Of a stretch of DNA of 43,940 nucleotides, positions 9,966 to 20,100 are shown piece after piece. Both the position numbers and the translations under genes were made by a program. The stretch lies in the NCBI GenBank assembly GCA_021776275.1, contig JAJFGH010000048.1, positions 1 to 43,940 on the forward strand. The letters run 5' to 3'. The notes under the pieces are model-generated. The model ran no database searches, had not been told where the DNA came from, and worked only from the letters and a program-made list of their open reading frames with translations. Origin of the DNA: Alphaproteobacteria bacterium. GTDB taxonomy: Bacteria; Pseudomonadota; Alphaproteobacteria; GCA-2746255. Numbering within the stretch: position 1 is the stretch's first letter; each line of letters starts with the position of its first letter.

Positions 9966-10502
9966 TTATTTGGGGGTCAGCACCATCGTCATCAGCCGTC
10001 CCTCCATCCGGGGGAACTGCTCGATCTTGCTGATCGCCTCCATGTCGTCGCGCACCCGCATGAGCACCTTCATGCCCAAATCCTGATGGGCCATTTCCCG
10101 GCCCCGGAAGCGCAGCGTCACCTTGACCTTGTTTCCCTCGCCCAGAAAAGCCGTCGTTTTGCGCATCTTCACGTCGTAATCATGGGCTTCGATGCCAGGG
10201 CGAAGTTTGATCTCCTTCACCTCGATGACCTTCTGCTTTTTCTTCGCTTCGGCGCGTTTTTTGCTCTCTTGGTATTTGAGCTTGCCGTAATCGAGCACCT
10301 TGCAGACGGGGGGATCCGCGTTCGGCGAGATTTCGACAAGGTCGAGACCGGCCGCTTCCGCAGCTTTGAGGCCTTCTTCCAAGGAAACAACGCCAATTTG
10401 TTCGGAATCTGCCCCGATCAGTCGAATGGACGGGACGTTGATTTGCTCGTTGATCCGCGGTCCCCTTCGGGACGGCGGCGTTTGCGGGTATAGCCTAGCT
10501 AT
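9966..10502 (-). CDS. infC: translation initiation factor IF-3 (non-canonical ATA start)
   Basis: The ORF track begins at TTG 10382. The conserved IF-3 N-domain ([25 protein letters not shown]) is encoded in frame upstream of that, where there is no ATG/GTG/TTG. ATA at 10500-10502 sits 6 nt downstream of GGAGG. Confidence 0.82.
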   Translation of the reverse strand: MARLYPQTPPSRRGPRINEQINVPSIRLIGADSEQIGVVSLEEGLKAAEAAGLDLVEISPNADPPVCKVLDYGKLKYQESKKRAEAKKKQKVIEVKEIKLRPGIEAHDYDVKMRKTTAFLGEGNKVKVTLRFRGREMAHQDLGMKVLMRVRDDMEAISKIEQFPRMEGRLMTMVLTPK

Positions 10503-10555
10503 GAAATGCCTCCAAACATGATTTCGGTCAAAGATTGCGACCCGTGACGCGGGTG

Positions 10556-12469
10556 TTACAGGCCCGGCGCGGCCGCTTCGGCGCTAAGTCTAGCGACTGC
10601 TTCTTCTAGGGCAAGGCTTTCTTGATCCTTGCCGCCAAGCCGGCGCAGGGAAACCGTATGGTTTTCGGCCTCGCGGCTGCCGATCGCCAGCAGCAGGGGC
10701 GTCTTTGCCAGGCTGTGCTCGCGCACCTTGTAATTGATCTTTTCGTTGCGCAGGTCCAGCTCGGCCCGCAAACCCGCCTTGCGAAGGGTTTCGCAAACTT
10801 CGCGGGCATAGGCGTCGCTTTCATTGGTGATGGTTGCGACGACCACCTGGGTTGGCGCCAGCCAGATGGGCAGGCGCCCGGCGTAATGCTCGATCAGCAC
10901 CCCGATGAAACGTTCGATGGAGCCCAGGATTGCCCGGTGCAGCATGACCGGCCGGTGCTTACCGCCGTCCTCGCCGACATAATTCGCGTCCAGGCGTTCC
11001 GGCAGGACGAAATCGACCTGAAGCGTGCCGCATTGCCATTCGCGGCCGATGGCGTCGCGCAACACGAATTCCAGTTTCGGTCCGTAGAAGGCGCCCTCGC
11101 CCGGGTTCATGGAAATTTCCAGGCCGGTCGCCTCGGTCGCGGTGCGAAGCGCCTGCTCGGCCTCGTCCCAGACCGCATCTTCTCCGGCGCGGACGTCGGG
11201 CCGGTCGGCGAATTTAACGACGACGTCTTCGAAGCCGAAGTCCTTGTAAACGCTCAATAAAAGGGTGCAGAAGGCCTTCGTTTCTTCGGTGATCTGGGCT
11301 TGCGTGCAGAAAATATGGGCGTCGTCCTGGGTAAAGGCGCGCACCCGCATCAGCCCGTGCAGCGCGCCGGAAGGTTCGTTCCGGTGGCAGCAGCCAAACT
11401 CCGCCATGCGCAGCGGCAGGTCGCGATAGCTTTTCAAGCCCTGGCGGAAGATTTGGACATGGCCGGGGCAATTCATGGGTTTCAGGGCGAGGGTGCGTTC
11501 TTCCGATTCGGCGGTGAACATGTGTTCACGGAATTTTTCCCAATGGCCGGATCGCTCCCAAAGCATGCGATCGACAAGTTCGGGCGTGCGCACTTCGACG
11601 TAATCCGCCTGGTCCAAACGGCGGCGAATATAGGCTTCCAGCATCCGGTAAAGGGTCCAGCCTTTCGGGTGCCAAAAAATCGACCCCACCGCTTCTTCCT
11701 GAATGTGAAAAAGATCCATTTCCCTGCCGAGGCGGCGATGGTCGCGCTTCGCCGCTTCTTCCAGGCGGAAGAGATGGGCCTTTAATTCCTTTTCGTTTTC
11801 CCAGGCCGTGCCATAGATGCGCTGAAGCATTTCGTTTCGGGAATCGCCGCGCCAATAGGCACCGGCAAGCTTCATCAGCTTGAAACCCTTTCCCAGTTTT
11901 CCGGTCGAAGGCAGATGCGGCCCTCGGCAAAGATCGATGAAGTCGCCTTGCCGGTAGAGGGTCACGTCTTCTTTCACGGGAATCGCCTCGATGATCTCGG
12001 CTTTGTAATGTTCGCCCTGATCCTTGAAAAATTGGATGGCCTTTTCGCGTTCCCACACTTCGCGCGCAATCGCTTCGTCGCGGGCGACGATGGCATGCAT
12101 CTCGCGTTCAATCTTTTCCAAATCTTCCGGCGTGAAGGGCGTCTTGCGGGAAAAATCGTAATAGAAGCCATGTTCGATTGCGGGGCCGATCGTCACTTGG
12201 GTTTCCGGGTAAAGCGCCTTCACCGCTTCGGCCATGACATGGGCGGCGTCGTGGCGAAGAAGGGCGCGTCCCTCCTCCGTTTCGCGGGTCACGATGGCAA
12301 TTTCGGCGTCCGCCTCGATGGCGCGCGTCAGGTCCCAAAGGTCGCCATTGACGCGAATGGCGACGGCGGCCTTCGCAAGGCCCTTGCCGATGGCGCCGGC
12401 AATTTTAAAGCCGGTTACGGGGGCGTCATGGGTCTGAACGGTGCCGTCGGGAAGGGTGATTGCGACCAT
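10556..12469 (-). CDS. thrS: threonine--tRNA ligase
   Basis: [10 protein letters not shown]... (TGS domain), editing-domain and class II motifs, 637 aa. Confidence 0.95.
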   Translation of the reverse strand: MVAITLPDGTVQTHDAPVTGFKIAGAIGKGLAKAAVAIRVNGDLWDLTRAIEADAEIAIVTRETEEGRALLRHDAAHVMAEAVKALYPETQVTIGPAIEHGFYYDFSRKTPFTPEDLEKIEREMHAIVARDEAIAREVWEREKAIQFFKDQGEHYKAEIIEAIPVKEDVTLYRQGDFIDLCRGPHLPSTGKLGKGFKLMKLAGAYWRGDSRNEMLQRIYGTAWENEKELKAHLFRLEEAAKRDHRRLGREMDLFHIQEEAVGSIFWHPKGWTLYRMLEAYIRRRLDQADYVEVRTPELVDRMLWERSGHWEKFREHMFTAESEERTLALKPMNCPGHVQIFRQGLKSYRDLPLRMAEFGCCHRNEPSGALHGLMRVRAFTQDDAHIFCTQAQITEETKAFCTLLLSVYKDFGFEDVVVKFADRPDVRAGEDAVWDEAEQALRTATEATGLEISMNPGEGAFYGPKLEFVLRDAIGREWQCGTLQVDFVLPERLDANYVGEDGGKHRPVMLHRAILGSIERFIGVLIEHYAGRLPIWLAPTQVVVATITNESDAYAREVCETLRKAGLRAELDLRNEKINYKVREHSLAKTPLLLAIGSREAENHTVSLRRLGGKDQESLALEEAVARLSAEAAAPGL

Positions 12470-12550
12470 GGGCTTGCCGGGTTGGTGAGAGATACGGAAA
12501 AAGCGATTTTTCCTTAAGTCCGCGGAAATGTAGAAGCTTTCGGAGGGCTG

Positions 12551-13531
12551 TCAAGGCGCGCCCGGCGGAGCCGGGCTTTCCGCGGCTTCCCCGAGGGAAA
12601 GGGCGGCGAGCACGTCCGAAGATTCCAGCGCCGCCAGGCTTGCCACCTGAAAAAGCGTTACCTGGTCCGCCCGGGGCGCGCACAGGGTCGGATCCGACGC
12701 GTGGGAAAAGAGAACGAGGGTGGGAATGCCCGTCAGCGCGATCAGATGCATGGGCCCGGTGTCGTTGCCGATGGCCGCTCGGGCATGGCGCGCCAGGCTT
12801 GCGATTTCGAAAAGATTGGTTTCGCCCATGCGGTTGATCACCTGGGGCGCCGCCGCCTCGATCGCCTTCAACGTTTCCGCTTCGGCCTGGGTGCCAAGAA
12901 GAAGCGGCGCGATCCCCCGTTCCGCCAGACGGTTGGCAAGGTCGGCGAAACGTTCCGCCGGCCAGCGTTTCTCGGGCCGATGGGGCGCGCCGCCCGGCAC
13001 CAAAAGCGCGTAAGGGCCTTCGGGCTGCAAATGGGCGATTTCCGCCGTCATCCAATCGACACTGGCGGCGGGGACGCGGCCGATGCCGGCCATCTCAAGT
13101 TGTTCCGCCTGACGTTCGACCGTGTGCATAAAATCGCGGTTTGGATTGGCGTGGGGATGCGAGCAGCCTTTCGCGATGCCGGACCATTCCGGATAGGGGC
13201 CAGGAAAGAAGAGACGAAAATAAAAACCGCTCCGGTCCGACGTTTGCAAATCGTAGACGCGCGTAAAACCGGCGCTTCGTAGCTCTTTGCGAAGGCGAAG
13301 CCAGGCAGGAATTTGCAGAAGTTTTGGCCGACGATCCACCCATACCCGGTCGAAAGAACCGCAGCGCTCGGCCATCTCTACATAAGGGGCGGTCGTCAGC
13401 AGCGTGATTTGCGCATCCGGGTGGTGGCGGCGGATCGCGGCAAAGGGGCCAAGCGCTTGCAGAAAGTCGCCAAGGGCGCCCAGCTTGATGACGAGCACGC
13501 GTGGCTTATCTTCTATGTTTTCTTGCGTCAT
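12551..13531 (-). CDS. glycosyltransferase family 9 (heptosyltransferase-like, LPS core)
   Basis: RVLVIKLGALGDFLQALP...GNDTGPMHLIA is a GT9 signature. The ATG at 13531 overlaps the upstream gene's stop (ATGA). The 611-aa ORF-track extension is in another gene's space. Confidence 0.75.
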   Translation of the reverse strand: MTQENIEDKPRVLVIKLGALGDFLQALGPFAAIRRHHPDAQITLLTTAPYVEMAERCGSFDRVWVDRRPKLLQIPAWLRLRKELRSAGFTRVYDLQTSDRSGFYFRLFFPGPYPEWSGIAKGCSHPHANPNRDFMHTVERQAEQLEMAGIGRVPAASVDWMTAEIAHLQPEGPYALLVPGGAPHRPEKRWPAERFADLANRLAERGIAPLLLGTQAEAETLKAIEAAAPQVINRMGETNLFEIASLARHARAAIGNDTGPMHLIALTGIPTLVLFSHASDPTLCAPRADQVTLFQVASLAALESSDVLAALSLGEAAESPAPPGAP

Positions 13532-14703
13532 GGGTTGGGTTCTGTTGATAGCACCTCGCGGTAAACGTCCAGGGTCGCCTTGCACATTGCGGCGTTCGTA
13601 TAATTCTGCGCGATGTGCGCGCGCGCCTTCGCGGCAAGCCGGTCGCGTTCCTCCGGCGTCAGCCCCAGTGCCCAGTCCAGCCCCTCGGCCAGGCCTTTCG
13701 CATCGCCCGGCGGGGTCAAGCGGCCCGTCTCGTTTACCAGCACGGTTTCCCGCGCGCCGCCATGATCGCTTGCCAGCACCGGCCGTCCCATCGCCTGGCC
13801 CTCGGCGACGACGCGGCCGAAGGCTTCCGGGTCCGTCGAGGCGGAAACGACGACATCGGCCAGCATGTAGGCCGCCGGCATGTCGCGGCAATGGTCGACG
13901 ATTTTGACAACATCGGAAAGGTCGCGGGCGATGATCCGTCTTTCCAATTCCTTGCGATAGCCGGTGCGGCCCTGATCCGATCCCACCAGGCGGCATTGCA
14001 CGTTTTTTCGCCCCAAATGGGCAAGGGCATCGATGAGCACGGTTTGCCCTTTCCAGCGCGTCAGCCGGCCGGGCAGCACAACCACCGGCGCGTCGTCGCG
14101 CAATTGCCATTGGCGGGAAAGCTGAATGATGCGCTCGGCGCTGACGCGGGCGGGATCGAAGATATCCATTTTTACGCCGCGTGGGATCACGCGCAGCTTG
14201 GTCGGTTCGACGCCGTAAATGCGACGCATGTGACCGGCAATGAATTCGGAAATGGCGATCACGCGTTCGCCCCGGGTCATAACGGCGTTGTATCGGCGCT
14301 TGAGCCAGTTTTGCGCGCCATAGGTGCCATGAAAGGTCGTCACGAAATGGCATCGGGTTTCTTTTGCGGCGGCATAGGCGCTCCATGCCGGTGCCCGGCT
14401 GCGCGCGTGCACGAGGTCAACGCCGTGGGCTTTCACAAGGTCCGCCAGGCGGTGCGCGTTCTGGCGCAGGGCAAAGGGGTTTTTGCGATTGAGGGGCAGC
14501 GTAAAATGCGTCGCGCCCGCCCGTTCGATCTCGTGGGTCATCGGGCCTCCGGCCGAGGCAACGAGCGAGGTCCAGCCCGCCTCGGCCAAGGCGGCGGCCA
14601 TGTCGACGGTGCCGCGTTCGACGCCACCGGCTACCATGGCCGGCAGCACCTGCAAGACGACGGGGGGGCGATCTTTCTTGCCGGCGGTTTTCGCCTCCGG
14701 CAC
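13528..14703 (-). CDS. glycosyltransferase family 4 (GT-B fold)
   Basis: VLQVLPAMVAGGVERG... with a C-terminal E-x7-E-like region (STDPEAFGRVVAEGQAMGRPVLASDHGG). GTG at 14703 has AAGGAA 7 nt upstream. GTG at 14730 is the alternative. Confidence 0.72.
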   Translation of the reverse strand: MPEAKTAGKKDRPPVVLQVLPAMVAGGVERGTVDMAAALAEAGWTSLVASAGGPMTHEIERAGATHFTLPLNRKNPFALRQNAHRLADLVKAHGVDLVHARSRAPAWSAYAAAKETRCHFVTTFHGTYGAQNWLKRRYNAVMTRGERVIAISEFIAGHMRRIYGVEPTKLRVIPRGVKMDIFDPARVSAERIIQLSRQWQLRDDAPVVVLPGRLTRWKGQTVLIDALAHLGRKNVQCRLVGSDQGRTGYRKELERRIIARDLSDVVKIVDHCRDMPAAYMLADVVVSASTDPEAFGRVVAEGQAMGRPVLASDHGGARETVLVNETGRLTPPGDAKGLAEGLDWALGLTPEERDRLAAKARAHIAQNYTNAAMCKATLDVYREVLSTEPNP

Positions 14704-14774
14704 GGCGGGGTTCCTTGACGGACGATCCACGAGGGCTTCTTAATCTCCAAGATAAGGGAAAAGCGGAAACGACG

Positions 14775-15530
14775 ATGACGGACGCGCAAACTTTACCACG
14801 CGAGGACGGGACGACAATCGCCTATCACCGCTTGGCTGGCCGCGGGCCCGGCGTGGTTTTCCTTGGCGGCTTCGGTTCCGACATGACGGGCGCGAAGGCG
14901 CTGGCGCTGGAAGCGTTCTGCAAGGCGCGCGGCCAGGCCTATCTGCGTTTTGACTATTTGGGCCATGGGCAATCCTCTGGCCGTTTCGAGGAAGGCACGA
15001 TCGGCAGCTGGACGGCGGCCGCGCTGGCCGTCTTCGATGCCTGTACGGAAGGGCCGCAGGTGCTTGTCGGGTCCAGCATGGGGGGCTGGATCATGCTGCT
15101 GATGGCGCTGGCGCGCGCGGAACGCACGGCCGGCCTGGTCGGGATCGCGGCGGCACCGGATTTCACCGAGGATTTGATCGCCGCAAAGCTTGCGCCCGCC
15201 GAAAAAACCGTCCTGGCACGGGACGGCGTTCTCGAAGTCGCCAATCCTTATGGCGAGGCGCCGACGCGGATCACCCAAAGGCTGGTGGAAGAAGGGGCTG
15301 CACATCTTTTGCTGCGCGGGCCGATCCCCGTTCGCTGCCCGGTGCGGCTGCTCCACGGCATGGCGGACGCGGACGTTCCCTGGGAGACGGCGCTTCGCCT
15401 GTTGACCCAGCTGGAAACAAAAGACGCGACGGCGACGTTGGTGAAGGGGGGCGATCACCGCCTGTCGGAACCGGCGGATCTGCGGCGGCTGGCGCGCGTC
15501 TTGGAAGCGCTGTTGGAGTCAATCGGGTAA
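14775..15530 (+). CDS. alpha/beta hydrolase fold protein
   Basis: Nucleophile elbow GSSMGG, HGQSSG and C-terminal GGDH are present. The ATG at 14775 was chosen. The 3' end overlaps the convergent gene by 12 nt. Confidence 0.7.
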   Translation: MTDAQTLPREDGTTIAYHRLAGRGPGVVFLGGFGSDMTGAKALALEAFCKARGQAYLRFDYLGHGQSSGRFEEGTIGSWTAAALAVFDACTEGPQVLVGSSMGGWIMLLMALARAERTAGLVGIAAAPDFTEDLIAAKLAPAEKTVLARDGVLEVANPYGEAPTRITQRLVEEGAAHLLLRGPIPVRCPVRLLHGMADADVPWETALRLLTQLETKDATATLVKGGDHRLSEPADLRRLARVLEALLESIG

Positions 15531-16409
15531 CGCCGCAAAAAGCGCCTTTAAGCCGGTTTCGTAATCCGGGTAGCGCAGCGCGACGTTTAATTCCCGTTTG
15601 ATGCGCCCATTGCGCACGCGCTTGTTCTCGTCATAGAAACTTTTGGCCATCTCCGAGAGACCGGCTTCTTCAAGCGGGATCAGCGGCGGCGGATCCACGC
15701 CAAGCAGTCTGGCGGCGAAGGCAACCACGTCTTCCGGCGGCGCCGGCCGGTCGTCGCAGACGTTGTAGATGCGCCCGCCCCTGGGCGCGTCCATCGAACG
15801 CACCAGCGTTGCGGCCAGATCGGCGACGTGGATGCGCGAAAAAACCTGCCCCGGTTTGTAAATGCGCCGGGCGCGGCCCGCACGGATTGCCGCCAGGGCG
15901 TTGCGGCCCGGCCCATAGATGCCGGCCAGACGAAAGAGATGAACGGCCAGGCCGTGGGCGGTGCCGAAATCCAGCCAGGCTTGCTCCGCCTCGGCCCGGC
16001 GTTGGCTTCGGGGCGTCGTTGGCCGTGGCGGCGTCTCTTCATCGACCCAATCGCCACCGCGATCGCCATAAACGCCGGTCGTCGAAAGGTAGCCGATCCA
16101 CCGAAGTTTCGGGCAAGCGGCCAGAATTTTTGCGTGGTGGCGCAGCACCGGGTCGCCGCCTTCATCCGGCGGGATGGAGAGAAGGAGGTGGGTGCTTTCC
16201 GCAAGGGCGTCCGGGTCTTCGAGCGGCCCCGCCCCGGTGAAAGGCAGCCGGGCGACGCCGTCCTCTTCGCTGGCGGAAGCCGGTTTGCGTGCCGTGCCCC
16301 GGATGCGCCAGCGATCGTCCGGAAGGGTCCTGGCAAGGGCTTGCGCGCTGTAGCCGAAGCCGAAACAAAAAAGGCTGCCTTTTAAAACAGGTGCGTTTTT
16401 CTCCCCCAT
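15519..16409 (-). CDS. NAD(P)-binding epimerase/SDR-like protein (degenerate Gly motif)
   Basis: FCFGFGYSAQAL N-terminal Rossmann-like motif, YLSTTGVYG, and a ...IYNVCDD epimerase-like core. The ORF-track start was trimmed to the ATG at 16409, downstream of the GST stop. Confidence 0.62.
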   Translation of the reverse strand: MGEKNAPVLKGSLFCFGFGYSAQALARTLPDDRWRIRGTARKPASASEEDGVARLPFTGAGPLEDPDALAESTHLLLSIPPDEGGDPVLRHHAKILAACPKLRWIGYLSTTGVYGDRGGDWVDEETPPRPTTPRSQRRAEAEQAWLDFGTAHGLAVHLFRLAGIYGPGRNALAAIRAGRARRIYKPGQVFSRIHVADLAATLVRSMDAPRGGRIYNVCDDRPAPPEDVVAFAARLLGVDPPPLIPLEEAGLSEMAKSFYDENKRVRNGRIKRELNVALRYPDYETGLKALFAALPD

Positions 16410-16426
16410 GACGTTCGGTCGATCGC

Positions 16427-17095
16427 TCAGAAATCCGGGTCGGCGTAATGCTTCGGCGGCGGCAGACCGGGGATGTGGTCTGCAAGAAGCGGGCGAAAGG
16501 ACGGCCGGGATTTGACGCGCGCGTACCAATCCTTTGCCGGGGGGTGTTCTTTCCATGGCACGTCGCCAAGATAGTCGACCGCCGAAAGATGGGCCGCCGC
16601 GGCAATGTCGGCCAGGGAAAAGCGGCCGCCGGCAAGCCAGTCGCGGCGTTCCATCAAATAACCGATGTAGTCGAGGTGGTAATGGACGTTCGCCAGCCCG
16701 GCCCGGATGGTGTTCGAGTCCGGCTCGCCCAGATTGAGAAATTTTTTGAGGACTTTCTCGCCGACCAGATTGGCGGAGACTTCGCGCTGAAATTTCGTGT
16801 CGAACCAGGCGGCCAGGCGCCGCACTTCGGCGCGCTGCAGGGGGGTCTCGCCGATCAAGGGCGGCTCGGGATAGGTTTCGTCGAGATATTCGCAGATCGC
16901 ATCGCTGTCGGCGATGGCGGTGCCGTCTTCTTCAACCAGCACCGGTACCTGACCGGCCGGGTTCATGGCGAGAAATTCGCGCCGCCGCTCCCAGACCTGC
17001 TCGACCTCCAGCGTGAATTCCAGCTTCTTTTCGGCAAGGGCAATGCGCGTCTTGCGTGAGAAAGAGGAAAGCCAGAGGTGGTAAAGAACCCGCAT
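16427..17095 (-). CDS. glutathione S-transferase
   Basis: N-terminal thioredoxin-like GST domain (LYHLWLSSFSRKTRIAL...NPAGQVPVL.EDG..I.DS.AI.EYL) plus an alpha-helical C-domain. Confidence 0.8.
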   Translation of the reverse strand: MRVLYHLWLSSFSRKTRIALAEKKLEFTLEVEQVWERRREFLAMNPAGQVPVLVEEDGTAIADSDAICEYLDETYPEPPLIGETPLQRAEVRRLAAWFDTKFQREVSANLVGEKVLKKFLNLGEPDSNTIRAGLANVHYHLDYIGYLMERRDWLAGGRFSLADIAAAAHLSAVDYLGDVPWKEHPPAKDWYARVKSRPSFRPLLADHIPGLPPPKHYADPDF

Positions 17096-17145
17096 GGGCA
17101 AAGCTTACCGCAAGGAACGCCCTCATGGGTAGCCGGACGCACGCG

Positions 17146-20100
17146 TCAGGCGCGGGCCTTTTTTTCTTCGAGGGTAAGGGGATGGGCAAGCCGGCTCAGC
17201 ATTTCCTTTGGCACGATCTGCCAGAAATGGGGGGCGACCTGCTCCCAATCGTTCAGCAGGCGCTGCGCGAAGTGGGATTGGGTCTGCAGCAGATGTTCGG
17301 CAATCAGGCGCTTCAAGACGCCTTCCCAATGGGTGGTCTGGACGCGCTGGTAAACGACCATCTCGTCGTTGATGTAGTGGGGAAGCGTCGCCGCCTCGTC
17401 GAAGACGAAGGCCATACCGCCGGTCATGCCGGCGGCGAAATTGTCGCCGACGGGTCCGAGAATGACGACGGTGCCGCCGGTCATGTATTCGCAGCCGTTC
17501 GACCCGCAGCCTTCGATGACCGCCTCGGCGCCGGAATTGCGGACGGCGAAGCGTTCGCCTGCCTGGCCGGCGGCGAATAGCTGGCCGGCGGTGGCGCCGT
17601 AAAGCACCGTGTTGCCGATGATGGTGTTTTCGTTGGTAACCAGGGGCGAAGCGGTAAGCGGGCGCACCACCAGGGTGCCGCCGGAAAGGCCCTTGCCGAC
17701 ATAGTCGTTCGCATCGCCGAACACTTCGAGCTTCAGTCCCTTCACGGCGAAGGCGCCAAGGGATTGGCCCGCCGTGCCGCGTAGCCGCACGGTGATGTGG
17801 TTTTCGGCCAGGCCGGCCATGCCGTAGCGCCGCGTGATCATTGACGAAAGCCTTGTGCCGATGGCGCGCTGGGTGTTGCGGATGTTGTAGGCAAGCTGCA
17901 CCTTCCCCGATTTTTCCAGCGCCGCATGAGCGTCCTTGACCATGCGGGCGTCCAGCGTGTCCGGCACCTCGTTTCGGCCTTCCAGCGCGCAATGGCGCGG
18001 AAATTCGCCCGCGTCCGGCTGGGTGAGCAGGGGGTTTAGATCCAGGTCGTCGAGATGGGCGCTGCCGCGGCTGACCTGGGCCAGCAAATCCGTGCGCCCA
18101 ACCACTTCCTCAAGGGACCGCATGCCAAGGGAGGCCAGAATCTCGCGCACTTCTTCGGCGATAAAGCTGAAAAGGTTCACGATTTTTTCGGGCGTGCCCT
18201 CGAATTTGTTGCGCAAGCGTTCGTCCTGGGTGCAGATGCCAACCGGGCAGGTGTTGCTGTGGCATTGGCGGACCATGATGCAGCCCATCGCAACGAGCGA
18301 CGTCGTGCCGACGCCGAACTCTTCCGCGCCCATCATGGCGGCAATGACGACATCGCGGCCGGTGCGGAGGCCGCCATCGGTGCGCAGGCGCACGCGGTGG
18401 CGCAGCCGGTTGAGCGTCAGCACCTGGTTGACCTCGCTTAGGCCCATTTCCCAGGGAACGCCGGCATATTTGATGCTGGATTGCGGGCTGGCGCCGGTGC
18501 CGCCGGAATGGCCGGAAATCAAAATCACGTCGGCCTTCGCCTTGGCGACCCCCGCCGCGATCGTGCCGATCCCGTCTTCCGCCACCAATTTCACGCAAAC
18601 CCGTGCATGGGGGTTGATCTGTTTCAGGTCGTAGATGAGCTGGGCCAAATCCTCGATCGAGTAAATGTCGTGATGGGGCGGCGGCGAGATCAACGTCACG
18701 CCCGGCGTCGAATGGCGGAGCAGCGCGATCTCCTCCGTCACCTTGAAGCCGGGAAGCTGCCCCCCCTCGCCCGGCTTTGCGCCCTGGGCGATTTTGATCT
18801 CGATCTCGTCGCAATTGTTCAGATATTCCGCGGTGACGCCGAAGCGGGCGGAGGCGATCTGCTTGATGACGGAGTTCGCGTTGTCGCCGTTCGGCAGGGC
18901 GCGGGCGCGGGCAAGGTCTTCGCCGCCCTCGCCGCTGCAGGACGCCCCGCCGATGCGGTTCATGGCGATGGCCAGGGTTTCGTGGGCTTCCCGCGAAAGG
19001 GCGCCATGGGACATGCTGCCGGTGCCGAAACGTTTGCGGATGTCCGTGATCGATTCGACTTCTTCGACGGGAATCGGCTGGCTGGTGGGCTTGAAGTCCA
19101 AAAGGTCGCGCAATTGAATGGGCGGCTGATGGCGCAGGCCTTCGCTGTACTTCTTATAGGTGCTGTAGGAATCCGTGGCGACGGCCGTTTGCAGCACGTG
19201 AATGAGATTGCCATCGACGGCATGCACTTCGCCGCCCTTGCGCACGTTGTAAAAGCCGCCGATGGGAAGGGCGGCGGTTTCTTCTTCAAAGGCCGCGGCA
19301 TGCAGGGACAGCGCTTTCGACTGGATGCCGGAAAGGCCAATGCCGGAAATGCGCGACGTCATGCCCGGAAAAAATTCCGCGACCAGGGCGCGCGACAATC
19401 CAACTGTCTCGAAATTGTATCCGCCGCGGTAAGAGGCGATGACCGAAATGCCCATCTTCGACATGACCTTCAGCAGGCCGTCGCCGACGGCCTTCGTGTA
19501 ACGCTGGGCGCATTCATCCAGCGTGACGCCCGGAAACAGGCCGCGGCGGTGACGGTCGGCAAGGGTTTCCAAGGCAAGATAGGCGTTTACCGTCGTCGCG
19601 CCGACGCCGATCAGAACGGCAAAATAATGCACGTCCAGGCATTCGCCGGATTGCACGCTCAACGAGGTAAAGGAACGGAGCTGCTGGTCGACGAGATGGG
19701 TGTGCACGGCGCCGGTCGCAAGAATCATCGGAAGGGCGGCGCGCTCCAGCCCCATATGTTTGTCGGTTAGGATCACATGCACGATGCCGCCGCGTACGGC
19801 GTCTTCCGTTTCCAGGCGGATGCGGGCAAGAGCATCCTGCAGCGCGTTTTCACCGCCATCGACCGGAAAGGTGCAATCGATTTCGGCGGCTTCTTTTCCC
19901 ATATGGCTGCGCATCGCCTCGAACTCGGCGTTGGAAAGCACCGGCGACAGAAGTTCCAGATGCCGGGTCTGTTCTTCCGATGTGTCGAGCAAATTGCCGA
20001 GATTGCCGAGCCGCGTCTTCAGGCCCATGACGCGGCGTTCGCGCAGGCTGTCGATCGGCGGGTTGGTGACTTGGCTGAAGCGCTGCCGGAAATAGTGATG

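Noticed and set aside
12496-12513. Hairpin GGAAAAA-TCGC-TTTTTCC upstream of thrS, considered as a ThrRS operator (tRNA-Thr anticodon-arm mimic)
   Set aside because: The loop (UCGC on the minus strand) lacks an NGU anticodon-like triplet and the stem is pure A/U. It is more likely a weak terminator after the GT9 gene, or nothing.
13532-14386. N-terminal 285-aa extension of the GT9 ORF (the 611-aa version)
   Set aside because: The extension is Arg/Pro/Gly-rich and overlaps the GT4 gene in another frame. The GT9 homology begins at MTQENIEDKPRVLVIKLGALGD, whose ATG overlaps the GT4 stop.
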